Shown here: in pieces, positions 18,152 through 28,286 of the stretch
How positions within the stretch are numbered: position 1 is the stretch's first letter
Layout: every line of letters starts with the position of its first letter
Assembly: GCA_963662655.2 (NCBI GenBank)
Contig: CAXXTU010000002.1
Span: 1,088,001-1,152,000, forward strand
Length of the DNA: 64,000 nucleotides
Direction: 5' to 3'
Source: Candidatus Cloacimonadales bacterium
GTDB taxonomy: Bacteria > Cloacimonadota > Cloacimonadia > Cloacimonadales > JAIOQZ01
The notes under the pieces: model-generated
Databases searched by the model: none
What the model was told of the DNA's origin: nothing
The model's input: the letters and a program-made list of their open reading frames with translations, nothing else
Translations under genes and position numbers: made by a program

Positions 18152-18766
18152 CTAGGAAGGCTTGTCCACTTTTCTCACCCGTTCGATCAGAGCGCGCGAT
18201 CCGGCTCCGCAGCCGAGAATCGTGCGTAACGCTTCCTCCGGCTTCACATCAACCGCGTGGACATATTTCTTCTCAACATGGTAGATCATGCCGCTTGTCG
18301 GGTTGGGGCCAGTGGGAACAAACACCGTCACAAGTCCGCCCGGATGCTCGTCCGTCACGAAGCCCGTCACGTGAACCCCGTTCTCGAAGAGCTGGACAAG
18401 CACTACGCGCGAGAAGAGGAATTTGCTCTCGCCGAACAGTACCTTGATCGTTTCCGTGATCAGCTTGTAGCCGGGGAACCGGTTGAACACATGCTTCTCG
18501 ATGAACTGATGCAGCCGCGTTCCAACACGCGTCCGCACCATCGCCCCGATCATGAAGCACACAAAGAGGAATCCCGCCACGACGATAACATAAGCCAGCG
18601 CGATCTCGAGCCGTGAATCCGTTGCCAGAAGCCCAACGATAGGCCGGATGATGTGTACCAGCTTCGTGATGAGCCACACGACAAGGAAGATCGTAACGAT
18701 GAGAGGCAGGATAACCAGAATCCCACCGATGAATGAATTGATAACGAAATTACGAAGACGGCTCAA
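18152..18766 (-). CDS. DUF502 family membrane protein
   Basis: Two TM helices; VFVPTGPNPTSG motif. Confidence 0.85.
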   Translation of the reverse strand: MSRLRNFVINSFIGGILVILPLIVTIFLVVWLITKLVHIIRPIVGLLATDSRLEIALAYVIVVAGFLFVCFMIGAMVRTRVGTRLHQFIEKHVFNRFPGYKLITETIKVLFGESKFLFSRVVLVQLFENGVHVTGFVTDEHPGGLVTVFVPTGPNPTSGMIYHVEKKYVHAVDVKPEEALRTILGCGAGSRALIERVRKVDKPS

Positions 18767-19070
18767 TGCTTTGTAGTCCTTTCTCAGCTTGTTCCTTGCG
18801 GATTTGCTGCTGCTTTTTATTGGTATATCTGATGCCTAAAGGGAACAGGATCGAGTAGGGCGCCCAGAGGATGAAGCGATAGGGAGATTGGATCAGGAAC
18901 AAAGCGGCAACGAATCCGATCGCGAATATCCAGAAACAGAGCGACATGCGGATCATAAAGCTGCGCTCTTTCCTGCTCTTCGTGTTGCGAATGCTAGCCC
19001 AGGTTCCGATGATTCCACCGATTGAACCGATTGCGACGCCTGCAATGCCGCCAATCAATCCTGGATGCAT
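18750..19070 (-). CDS. Small membrane protein
   Basis: Three hydrophobic segments; co-oriented with neighbours; RBS AGGA. Confidence 0.7.
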   Translation of the reverse strand: MHPGLIGGIAGVAIGSIGGIIGTWASIRNTKSRKERSFMIRMSLCFWIFAIGFVAALFLIQSPYRFILWAPYSILFPLGIRYTNKKQQQIRKEQAEKGLQSIEPSS

Positions 19071-19080
19071 GATCGCGTCC

Positions 19081-19383
19081 TTATTGAGAGTCCAGCCCGG
19101 CTTTCATCAGAACCGAAGTCATGAATTGGATTTCCTGTATCCTCCTTCTCAGAGCCCAGAAAACCAGAATCATGAAGATACCGTACGCCAGCCCGGGCAT
19201 GCCCAAAGTATACGTCTGTAGAAAATCCAGCTCGATGAAGAAATCGATTGCCGTCATGGCAACAACTGCAATCCCTACGATCAGAAGCAGCCATGCCACA
19301 ACCGTCATCGGTTTGAGCTGATTCTGCGCGCGGAGAATCGATTGAGCCATTCTGGATTCTTCCGGTGTCAATTCAAGCTTCAT
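19081..19383 (-). CDS. Small two-TM membrane protein
   Basis: RBS GGAGGTG before ATG 19383 (MKLELTPEE...). Confidence 0.65.
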   Translation of the reverse strand: MKLELTPEESRMAQSILRAQNQLKPMTVVAWLLLIVGIAVVAMTAIDFFIELDFLQTYTLGMPGLAYGIFMILVFWALRRRIQEIQFMTSVLMKAGLDSQ

Positions 19384-19410
19384 ATACACCTCCGGGATAT
19401 CTTGTATCGC

Positions 19411-19920
19411 CTAAAAAAATTCCTTCGAACAAATTTCCTTGAAGGTCAGGTCGTAAACCGTGTAACGATCGCCAGTCTTCATGACGATCCGGTTTGGAAA
19501 CATCCAGAATTCGTCGGCGAAGAAAGAGCTGCGCGACCCGAGTCGACTGAAATTCAGGTCGTATGTTGTAAGTGTGTCGCCTTTTCTGGTGACGATGTAC
19601 TGATCACGAAACCAGTATTCGTCCACGTTGAACACATCCAGCGTCCCAAGCTGCTGAAACTGAGTATTGTAAAACGTAAGTTCATGATCCTTCAGCGCTA
19701 CAATGTAATACTTCTCATACCAGAACTGCTCCACCAGGAAGAAATCGTGCGAACCCAGAAGCTGGCAGTTCATGCTGTAAGCGGAGACAATATCGTCCTC
19801 CTGAACAGCGAAGTAATTCTCGGTGACAGTTACCTTTTCAATCTTGTTTATCGCCGAAAGCGTCGCGGAAAACACCATAAAAAGCGCGACAAGGAAAATG
19901 GCGGCTTTTTGCCCGTTCAT
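19411..19920 (-). CDS. Secreted protein of four 36-aa repeats
   Basis: RBS GGAGGAAGGA; signal peptide MNGQKAAIFLVALF...SA; internal repeats. Confidence 0.75.
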   Translation of the reverse strand: MNGQKAAIFLVALFMVFSATLSAINKIEKVTVTENYFAVQEDDIVSAYSMNCQLLGSHDFFLVEQFWYEKYYIVALKDHELTFYNTQFQQLGTLDVFNVDEYWFRDQYIVTRKGDTLTTYDLNFSRLGSRSSFFADEFWMFPNRIVMKTGDRYTVYDLTFKEICSKEFF

Positions 19921-20109
19921 TCCTTCCTCCATAATTTTAGGTACATTCGGAAAATGGAAGATCAAAGCAGAGCTGTCAATGAAAAGATCGTTATCATGAA
20001 CATTTTCTGGCAACTATCTCCATTTTTTCCTAAAATTTTACACGCATGTCGCAACAAAAAAGCCGCCCCGTTATCACCGAAGCGGCCCAAAATATGTCAA
20101 AGCGATTAA

Positions 20110-21408
20110 CTATTCGGAGATATTGACTTCATACAACTGCCCTGCTGAATCGTACGGAGCAAGCGTCGAGAAAAACTCTGCTTCCACGGTGATCTGCTCG
20201 AGCGTGTAGCCGCCGGCAGGCGCGGTAACTGTAAGGGTCTTGTTGCCGTTCGACCAGCTCATGATCGGCGTGAGATAGTTGGTGATCTCGAGAACATTGC
20301 CATTGTATCCGATCAGGACGGGCTCGGTGAAGTTGATGACGATGCTCTGATACGGCGTGATCTCGTAGTGACCATCGTAAAGTTCCATGTTCGTGTTCTC
20401 GATCATGATCCCGGGCTGCGTCTCAAACTCTTCCTCCAGAATGAAGGGATTCCCGTTGATTGTCTCGCCCATCAGTCGAAGAGTATACTCGCTATCGAGA
20501 ACGAGCGCTTCGTCCGGATCGATGGTTACGTGTGTGGAAGAATCCCAGGTAATCGTGCTGATATCCACCCATGCGTTGAACTGGTTGAGCAGCTCGATTT
20601 CGAACTCGTCCGCATCGATGGACTGATTGAACGTCACTTCTATCGTTCCGTTGATGGGGAAGTCCTCGAGATTGTGAGCGATCACCAGAATGTCCTCGCC
20701 GATGGGATTCAACACGATCGGTTCAAGGTTCAGAACACCCTGTATCGCAGCGTGAACATCCATATCGACTGCCTCGAACGTATGGACTCCGTCCGTCCAG
20801 GAATCCACAAGCAGCGTGAACGTTGCGACCGATGGAAGATTCTCCAGAATGAAAGCGCCTTCGCTGTCCGTGTAAGCGATATACTGGTCCGGCGTTAGCT
20901 GCCATGCTCCATAGTTTGCCGTTACGCGGATTCCTGAGAGGTCTTCGATTTCTTCGTTATCCACAACCGCGTGAATCGTGCCAGTCACTGTAGAATCCAG
21001 CGAATATAGTACTTTGTCCTGCGACACGGAGTAGTAGAAATCGTCGGTGGTTGGGATATCGGAGATTCCGATGTCTTCGAGATCTGGGATCACGACATTC
21101 ACACGGGCGATTGCGTACGCACCGTCGCCGGAAAATGTCAGTTCATACACCCCCGAGGGTAGATCGCCGATGGCGTAGTAGCCGAGATTGTTTGTCTTGG
21201 TGGTTCTCACGCTCCCCTTTACTGCGTATGTGATCTCGATGTTTCCCAATCTGATATTGTTGTTGGCATCCGATACGATACCGTGCACGCTACCGATCAC
21301 ACGACCGTTGTTGTCGTTGTCCTCGTTGAAATTCGTCGTTGTTTCCGTGCATGCAAAAAGCAGGCTCAGAGCCGCTATTAGTATCGCCAAACGAAAAATA
21401 CTCTTCAT
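20110..21408 (-). CDS. Lipoprotein with carboxypeptidase-regulatory-like and Ig-like (Big_5) domains
   Basis: Lipobox LLFAC; TNNLGYYAIGDLPSGVYELT; IEVTFNQSID. Confidence 0.8.
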   Translation of the reverse strand: MKSIFRLAILIAALSLLFACTETTTNFNEDNDNNGRVIGSVHGIVSDANNNIRLGNIEITYAVKGSVRTTKTNNLGYYAIGDLPSGVYELTFSGDGAYAIARVNVVIPDLEDIGISDIPTTDDFYYSVSQDKVLYSLDSTVTGTIHAVVDNEEIEDLSGIRVTANYGAWQLTPDQYIAYTDSEGAFILENLPSVATFTLLVDSWTDGVHTFEAVDMDVHAAIQGVLNLEPIVLNPIGEDILVIAHNLEDFPINGTIEVTFNQSIDADEFEIELLNQFNAWVDISTITWDSSTHVTIDPDEALVLDSEYTLRLMGETINGNPFILEEEFETQPGIMIENTNMELYDGHYEITPYQSIVINFTEPVLIGYNGNVLEITNYLTPIMSWSNGNKTLTVTAPAGGYTLEQITVEAEFFSTLAPYDSAGQLYEVNISE

Positions 21409-21500
21409 GATTCCTCCAGGATATGTTTTGCGAATACTTCAATAAATATTTTAAAATCTGTCAAGGGCAATTCACCCGTCCTGCCGGAAGACACTGTAGA

Positions 21501-21626
21501 GGCAAGAGCAGATTCGTTCGATCTCCCCCCTCAACGTGGTGTTCCACATCATTTCTTTACGCTCGATAGTCCAGATGATGTGGTATATCCACGTTGAGAG
21601 GGGAGATCGGGCGAAGATGCCGCGCC
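21501..21626 (+). repeat. Structured palindromic element, copy 1
   Basis: TTCGTTCGATC...CGTGGTGTTCCAC...GTGGTATATCCACG...GATCGGGCGAAG; also present at 27411 and 45134. Confidence 0.85.
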
Positions 21627-21714
21627 GGTCGCGATTCTTTGCTTGACACCCGGATGAAGGATGAAAACAGTATCCATTCACAGAGCATTCTCTCGTAACA
21701 AAAGGAGTTAGATC

Positions 21715-22707
21715 ATGTTGAAAGTGGGAGTCATAGGCGTTGGACACCTCGGAAGGCACCACGCCAGAGTATTGAATCAGATCGAAGGTTGCCAAATGAT
21801 GGGCATCTACGACCAGAATCTTGAACGCGCGCATGAGATCGGGGCACAGCACAATATCCCTGTCTTCGATACACTGGAAGCGCTTCTGGATGCGGTGGAC
21901 GCTGTAGACATCGCGGTAACCACGACATATCATTACGACATTGCCAAAGCGGCACTGGATGCAGGCAAGCATATATTTGTGGAAAAACCGATTACATCGG
22001 AACTCGTACAGGCGGAGGAATTGGTAGCGCTCGCGGAGAAGAGAAAGCTAAAACTTCAAGTGGGCCATATCGAACGCTTCAATCCGGTTGTTCTGGATGC
22101 CTTTGATCAAATCAAGGATCCGATGTTCATCGAATCACATCGCCTGGCTCCTTTCAATCCGCGCGGAAGCGATGTTCCGGTCGTACTCGATCTGATGATC
22201 CACGATATTGATTTGATTCTTTCCTTTGTTAAGAGTAAAATCGTCGATATCAGAGCGAGCGGGGTTAGTATTCTCACCAAGTCGATCGACATTGCCAACG
22301 CCCGGCTGGAATTCGAGAATGGAGCGATCGCGAATGTGACTTCAAGCCGTGTTTCGCAGAAGCAGGAGCGCAAGATCAGGCTTTTCCAGAAGAATGCATA
22401 TATATCGATGGATTTCAAAGAGAAAAACGTGAAAATTCTCAAGAAATCCCCGAAACTGATCAAGGTTCTTCCCAAAATAATGGCGGGAAAAACAGATTTC
22501 AACCCTGAGGATCTAGTCAATATACAGGACATCGATTCCAATGATCATCCAAAAGATGCGCTGACATACGAGCTTGAATCGTTCGTGAACGCGGTCAACA
22601 AGAACAAAACGCCCATCGTGGACGGGAAAGCCGGCACAAGAGCGTTGCGGATCGCGTTCGAGATCATGAACCGCATCAAGGAGAATCCTCAGAATCTCAA
22701 GATTTAG
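21715..22707 (+). CDS. Gfo/Idh/MocA oxidoreductase (resembles GnnA UDP-GlcNAc 3-dehydrogenase)
   Basis: GVIGVGHLG, FVEKP, QVGHIERFNP and DVPVVLDLMIHDID motifs. Confidence 0.85.
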   Translation: MLKVGVIGVGHLGRHHARVLNQIEGCQMMGIYDQNLERAHEIGAQHNIPVFDTLEALLDAVDAVDIAVTTTYHYDIAKAALDAGKHIFVEKPITSELVQAEELVALAEKRKLKLQVGHIERFNPVVLDAFDQIKDPMFIESHRLAPFNPRGSDVPVVLDLMIHDIDLILSFVKSKIVDIRASGVSILTKSIDIANARLEFENGAIANVTSSRVSQKQERKIRLFQKNAYISMDFKEKNVKILKKSPKLIKVLPKIMAGKTDFNPEDLVNIQDIDSNDHPKDALTYELESFVNAVNKNKTPIVDGKAGTRALRIAFEIMNRIKENPQNLKI

Positions 22708-22716
22708 GAGAAAATA

Positions 22717-24012
22717 ATGAAAGACGTATTCATTAAATACATTGACCAGAACATCGGTGAGGAAGTGCGAATTCGTGGCTGGGTAAGAAACTACCGGTCC
22801 AGCGGAAAACTTATTTTCATCATCCTACGCGACGGAACCGGAGAAATCCAGGCTGTGGCCTTCAAGCCGTCACTGGGCGAAGAGGCGTTCGAACAGGCGA
22901 AGAAACTCACGATGGAATCTTCACTCATTGTTACCGGCGTGCCGAAAGAGCACCCCAAGCAAAAAGGCGTTTTCGAGCTGGACGTGACCGGCATCGAAAT
23001 CATCCAGATCGCGGACGAATACCCGATCGGTAAAAAGGAGCATGGCCCCGATTTTCTGCTTTCGAATCGTCACTTGTGGCTGAGAAGCAGCAAACAATGG
23101 GCGCTTCTCCGGCTTCGTCACGGCGTTTACCACGCCATCTGCGATTACCTGCATCAAAACGAGTTCATCCGTTTCGATTCACCCATTCTTACGCCAAATG
23201 CATGCGAAGGCACAACAACCTTGTTTGAGGTTCCTTACTTCGATCTTGGCAACGCCTACCTTTCTCAGTCCGGCCAGCTCTATCTTGAGCCGGCCATACT
23301 CAGCTTCGGTCGAGTATACGATTTCGGCCCGGTTTTCAGAGCGGAGAAATCGAAAACGCGCAAGCATCTTACCGAATTCTGGATGATGGACGCGGAAGCC
23401 GCTTTCGTGGAGCACAAGGAAAATATGGATATCCAGGAAGGCTTGATCCGTCACGTCGTTCGCACAATGATAGAAAACTACCGTAACGAGCTGGAAATTC
23501 TCGAGCGCGATATCGAGCAGCTTTCGAACGCAGATGCTCCTTTCAAACGCATAACACATCGCGAGGCCATCGACCTCCTGAAATTGAAAGGCGCGGATGT
23601 AGAATACAACAGCGATTTCGGAGCACAGGAAGAATCTATGATTACAGAAGAATCCGACGTGCCGGTCTTTATCGAGAAATGGCCGAAGGAAATCAAGGCA
23701 TTCTACATGAAGCGCGATCCCGAGAACGAAGACCTCGTTCTGGGTGCCGACCTCATCGCCCCACAAGGATTCGGTGAGATCATCGGCGGTTCTCAGCGCG
23801 AGGACGACTACGATGTTCTGCTTGGAAGAATTCGTCACGAGAAGCTCAACGAAGAAGATTTCCAGTGGTATCTCGATACACGCAAATACGGTTCGGTGCC
23901 ACACAGCGGTTTCGGGATTGGGCTCGAGCGCCTCACCGCCTGGGTCGGTGGCGTTCACCACATCCGAGAGGCGATACCATTTCCCAGAATGATCTACCGC
24001 ATCCAGCCGTAG
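22717..24012 (+). CDS. asnS: Asparagine--tRNA ligase
   Basis: OB-fold N-terminus; YLSQSGQLY; FRAEKSKTRKHLTEFWM; EIIGGSQRE; PHSGFGIGLER. Confidence 0.95.
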   Translation: MKDVFIKYIDQNIGEEVRIRGWVRNYRSSGKLIFIILRDGTGEIQAVAFKPSLGEEAFEQAKKLTMESSLIVTGVPKEHPKQKGVFELDVTGIEIIQIADEYPIGKKEHGPDFLLSNRHLWLRSSKQWALLRLRHGVYHAICDYLHQNEFIRFDSPILTPNACEGTTTLFEVPYFDLGNAYLSQSGQLYLEPAILSFGRVYDFGPVFRAEKSKTRKHLTEFWMMDAEAAFVEHKENMDIQEGLIRHVVRTMIENYRNELEILERDIEQLSNADAPFKRITHREAIDLLKLKGADVEYNSDFGAQEESMITEESDVPVFIEKWPKEIKAFYMKRDPENEDLVLGADLIAPQGFGEIIGGSQREDDYDVLLGRIRHEKLNEEDFQWYLDTRKYGSVPHSGFGIGLERLTAWVGGVHHIREAIPFPRMIYRIQP

Positions 24013-24029
24013 GGACCTTTGAAATTGCC

Positions 24030-24065
24030 GCCCCATCCATAGTGGGTGGGGCTTTCACTTTTTTT
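24030..24065 (+). terminator. Rho-independent terminator
   Basis: GCCCCATCCA/TGGGTGGGGC stem followed by a T-tract. Confidence 0.75.
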
Positions 24066-24246
24066 GCGAAACAGGCTCAGGGAGAATCAGCCATGGCCAA
24101 CCGTCGAGGCACTTTCGCCCAATCCCGCTTCCAGCGTGTAACGATACGTTTTCAACGTATAAGAACACGCTTCCAGCCAGGCGATTGAACGAAATTGTTC
24201 TCGACTCGCAGTAGCTCCCGTTTTAATAGACGGGCCAGGGAGAAAG

Positions 24247-25392
24247 ATGCATCATTATCAGCAGTTCGGTACATATTTCGGCCAGACAGCCGGCGGGATG
24301 GAGAATCTGGCAGCGCAGGAGCTGGAGCGTCTAGGCGCAACGCGCGTCACGCCGCAGCAACGCGGCGTCCTTTTCGAGGCGGACAAGCGTACCTTGTACC
24401 GCGTCGTGTACAACGCGCGACTGTTCAGCCGGGTGCTGGCGACGATCACCACATTCTCCTGCCACGATACCGACTACCTCTACAGCAAGGCCGGTCAAAT
24501 CGACTGGAGTGAATTCATAGCTCGCGATCAGACCTTCGCGATTTTGCACCACGCCGCCAACAGCAAAATTCAGCACTCGCAGTTTGCAGCGCTTCGTCTC
24601 AAAGACGCGATCTTCGATCAACTGCGCGAGACCTACGGGCAGCGTCCGGCCATCGACCGCAAGCAGCCGGACATCTGGCTCAATCTGGTGATACACAACA
24701 ACCGCGCGAGCATCAATTTCGACTGCGCAGGCCACGCCTTGAACAAGCGCAGCTACCGCAAGCAAGGCGTGGAAGCCCCCATGCAGGAAACGCTGGCCGC
24801 CGCGATCGTTATGCACAGCAAGTGGGACGGTGAAACGCCCCTGCTCGATCCCTTCTGTGGAAGCGGAACCATCCTCGCCGAGGCGTTGATGAGCTACTGC
24901 CGTATCCCAGCGTCGTACCTGCACGATTCCTTCGGCTTCATGAACCTGCCCGACTTCGATCCCACCGTTTGGAAGGAGGTTCTGGAAGAGGTCGACATAC
25001 GTCCGTTACCGGAAGAACTGATCCGAGGCAGCGACGTCGATCCCCGCTCCATCGAGGCGTCCCGACTCAACCTCTCGCAGCTGCCGCATGGTGATAAAAT
25101 CGCGCTCAAGCAAATCGATTTCCACGACCTCCCCGAGCAGCCCGGCATCACCGTAATCACGAATCCGCCCTACGGCGTCCGACTCAAGAAAAACAACATC
25201 GAGCAGCTCTACAAGGATTTCGGAGCATTCCTGCGCAACAACTGCCCGGGAAGCGACAACTACGTATATAGCACGGAATTGGAATTACTGAAATGTATGA
25301 ATCTGCGTCCACGCTGGAAGAAATCGCTCAACAACGGCGGACTGGACGGAACGCTCTACAAGATGCTAGTGTTTGGAAAGCGCAGTATATAA
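24247..25392 (+). CDS. THUMP-domain class I SAM-dependent RNA methyltransferase (RlmL/YpsC-like)
   Basis: APMQETLAAA, LLDPFCGSGT and ITNPPYG motifs. Confidence 0.9.
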   Translation: MHHYQQFGTYFGQTAGGMENLAAQELERLGATRVTPQQRGVLFEADKRTLYRVVYNARLFSRVLATITTFSCHDTDYLYSKAGQIDWSEFIARDQTFAILHHAANSKIQHSQFAALRLKDAIFDQLRETYGQRPAIDRKQPDIWLNLVIHNNRASINFDCAGHALNKRSYRKQGVEAPMQETLAAAIVMHSKWDGETPLLDPFCGSGTILAEALMSYCRIPASYLHDSFGFMNLPDFDPTVWKEVLEEVDIRPLPEELIRGSDVDPRSIEASRLNLSQLPHGDKIALKQIDFHDLPEQPGITVITNPPYGVRLKKNNIEQLYKDFGAFLRNNCPGSDNYVYSTELELLKCMNLRPRWKKSLNNGGLDGTLYKMLVFGKRSI

Positions 25393-25418
25393 AGGCTTTC
25401 TTTAGGCATTTACCATAT

Positions 25419-26192
25419 TCATTTCATTTTGTAAGCTAATCCCTCAGGAGATATTATAGAAAAACCATATTTGTTCCGAAGCCATCGAAGATTTCGGGGG
25501 CTCAGCACGGAATTGGGACCTGCAGATTTTGCTTGGTCCCTTGTGCAAAAATAGTCACACCCTAAAGCAATACTTATTGCTACTGAATCTCCATCTGCTC
25601 ATTCAGCGGCTGCTTTAGCAATTTCTTTTGAAAATTCTGCTGGGGCATCCTGTATACCTTTAATCCAATGTTTATTATATCTATATCCAATTTCTTTGAT
25701 ATGAGCAACGCCTGCATTGTTACTTTCGATTTCCCTAGCAATTTCAAATACTCTCTTATGGTACTCATCCAATTTTCTTCCAGTGAATTTCATTCTATAT
25801 GGTTCAATACTATCATTAATCAGACCTCCAATTCGAGGTAACCGCACAATTCGAAAACCAAGCTGAATTGCATCGTTGAGATGATTCTTCAATATTGGGT
25901 TACTATCCAAATTTAAAGGCTCACCCGGCCCAATTGAAAACCTCACTCCTAAATATCCATTTATTTTTCTTTCTTCTGCTTTTATATTTTGTTTTGTTCC
26001 TCCTATGATCGATTTTCTTTGCTTTTTATTTATAGCCTCTATTGTAAAAACAGTCTCAGAAATGTATGCAACAAGCGACTCCATTCGCACAGCATCATTA
26101 ATTAACAGAAAATCATCTATAGCAGGTTCATTCGTAAAAACTGATGGTGTAGCAACTATTCTCCACACGTTGGAATCAAACATGATATCCAT
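25419..26192 (-). pseudogene. AT-rich PIN-like gene interrupted by an in-frame TGA (25599-25601)
   Basis: RBS GGAGG then MDIMFDSNVW...AAAE*ADGDSVAISIALGCDYFCTRD...MK*; the frame continues 59 codons past the TGA. Confidence 0.65.
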
Positions 26193-26325
26193 AACGCCTC
26201 CATTAAATAACAATTGCAATATCTTTTAAATAATAGTCAAGTTTTATCACGCACAAAACAATAGCGGCAACCCATCTACACTCATGTTGCTAATAAAATA
26301 CATATCGATATGCTTGGAACGTTTA

Positions 26326-27298
26326 TCAATAAATCCCGCGCACCAGAATAAACGTCGATACCGCAATCACCAGAAAAAGCACGCTACCCATGATCAGCGA
26401 GCGAACACCACTCTGGCGAATCGCCTTGAATTTCACGGACAATCCCATTGCAGTCATCGCGAAAAGGATCAGCCAACCGCTTGCCTTCGCGAAAACCTTC
26501 GTCACACCCACAGGGACAATACCCAGACTATTGACGACCCCGCAAAGCACAAAGAACAGCACGTAGTACGGGAATTTTACCCTAGCTTTCCTGTCACCCG
26601 CGTCTCTGCCTCTCAGACTGAAGAAGAGCGCGACCGGCACCAGCATCAGCACCCGTCCCATCTTCACGATCGTACCGAGCTCACCCGCCTTGTCTCCGCC
26701 GGCAAACGCCGCCGCCAGCGCGTGCGCAACGCCCTGGAGGGATATGCCCGACCACACTCCGAACTGCTGAACATCGAGTACGTGGTGCGTCGCGATGAAC
26801 GAGTATACCACGCACGCCGATCGCTCCGAGGAAATTCACGATGGACACCGCCACCACAGACTCCTCCCGCTTTGCCTTAACGATTGGCGACATCGCGACA
26901 ATCGCCGACGCGCCGCAGATCCCGGAGCCTATTCCAACAAGCACCGGAACCTTGTCGCGAATGCGGAAGACCCGTCCCAAAATGTAGGCGATATAGATCA
27001 CGACGGGAGTGAAAACTACGATCAGCGCCAGCGTCCGGAAGCCCAGATGAAGAACCGCGGAGAAGTCGAGCTTGAATCCAAGCAAAATGATCCCGTATTG
27101 CAGCAGGTGCTTCGTGCTGAATTTTATACCCGGCTCCACCGAGTCGGGTAGCGTAATTGCATTCGAAAGCGCCATCCCGATGATGATCGCCAGCGTCACC
27201 GCCTCGAGCGGAACGAAAGCCTTCAGCCATTCGTTTAAAAAATACGCCGCAATCGATATCGCGACGACCAGTACCAGTCCATGTATCGTTTTCTTCAA
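26326..27298 (-). pseudogene. YeiH/UPF0324 (putative sulfate exporter) membrane protein with a +1 frameshift
   Basis: N-half (LLQYGIILLG, GSGICGASAIVA) and C-half (WSGISLQGVAHA, VKMGRV, AMTAMGL) are in different frames; they join near 26811. Confidence 0.8.
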
Positions 27299-27410
27299 AA
27301 TACACCCCGTCAATTCTTGAGGCAAAGAATTTCGGGGTACGGTAAATGTCAATCGCGCAGTTGTTAATTATGCGTTATAAATGGTGACTGGCCGATGTCA
27401 GCCCATCTGA

Positions 27411-27592
27411 GGCGAGAGCAGATTCGTTCGATCTGCCGCGACGACGTGGTGTTGCACATTTAATTTTCGGCTTCGACATTGTCGAAACGAAACCATGAAC
27501 GTTGTGATTTCGTTCCTCGAAATCATGTTAGTGGATAGTCAGATGTGCTATATCCACGTTGGAGCGGCACGATCGGGCGAAGATGCCACGCC
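27411..27592 (+). repeat. Structured palindromic element, copy 2
   Basis: Same conserved blocks as copy 1, with a longer branched apical region. Confidence 0.85.
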
Positions 27593-27598
27593 GGTCGT

Positions 27599-28060
27599 CT
27601 ACTTCCCGACCTGTCTCCGGTAAATCCTCGAGCGCTCTCCGCTGGGATCGAAGCCGTCCTCCATGCGGATCCACCCGAATTTCTCGTAGTAGCCGTCGTG
27701 ATCCGTCGTGAGGTACATCTCGCCAAAGCCTATCCGAGCCGCGTCCTTCTCCGCGCGATCCATCATCAGGCTCGCAAGTCGCTTCCCGCGATACTTCTCC
27801 TCCACGAACAGGCACGCAAACCACGGCTGTAAGTCGTGCCGGCTGATGAAATCGTTCGCGATGAGCGCGCTACACCCCGCAATCTCGTCGCCATCCAGCA
27901 GGAGATAGAACACCGGAAGACTCGTAGCGTCAGCCGAACTGTGGACGACGGCATCCAGGTAGAAGGGGAAATTGCTCTCCCGCCCCCACTTGCCGTGAAT
28001 ATACCGCGCCGCCGCTTCAATCCCTTTTGAAAATTCGTGGGCATTTATGATTTGGTACAT
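27599..28060 (-). CDS. GNAT family N-acetyltransferase
   Basis: PWFACLFVEEKYRGKRLA and YYEKFGW motifs. Confidence 0.9.
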   Translation of the reverse strand: MYQIINAHEFSKGIEAAARYIHGKWGRESNFPFYLDAVVHSSADATSLPVFYLLLDGDEIAGCSALIANDFISRHDLQPWFACLFVEEKYRGKRLASLMMDRAEKDAARIGFGEMYLTTDHDGYYEKFGWIRMEDGFDPSGERSRIYRRQVGK

Positions 28061-28286
28061 ATATCCTCCAACTGAGTGTAAGACGTCAATTTACTTTCAT
28101 ATCCTGTCAAGTCATTCACGCATTATTTCCTTATGTAAAGATTCACCTTTTTTCCCTTGACGAAAAGACGCGAAGATGAAATAGATTTATATTGAATGAA
28201 TGTGAGCATCAGGATGCACGTATTCTCATCATTCCATTGGAGATACGCACACGTAACGCATCCGCTGAAAAGGAGATGTAACTCGT

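Noticed and set aside
21472..21972. Minus-strand peptide STWIYHIIWTIERK resembling an IS200 TnpA N-terminus
   Set aside because: The equivalent frame has stop codons in copies 2 and 3 and no HUH motif follows; likely coincidence
25599..25601. Selenocysteine or TGA=Trp recoding
   Set aside because: The context is not a Cys/redox motif, and TGA acts as a normal stop in several other genes here
28212..28263. Hairpin in the ptb leader as a riboswitch
   Set aside because: Only short stems (GGATGC/GCATCC); no aptamer consensus recognised
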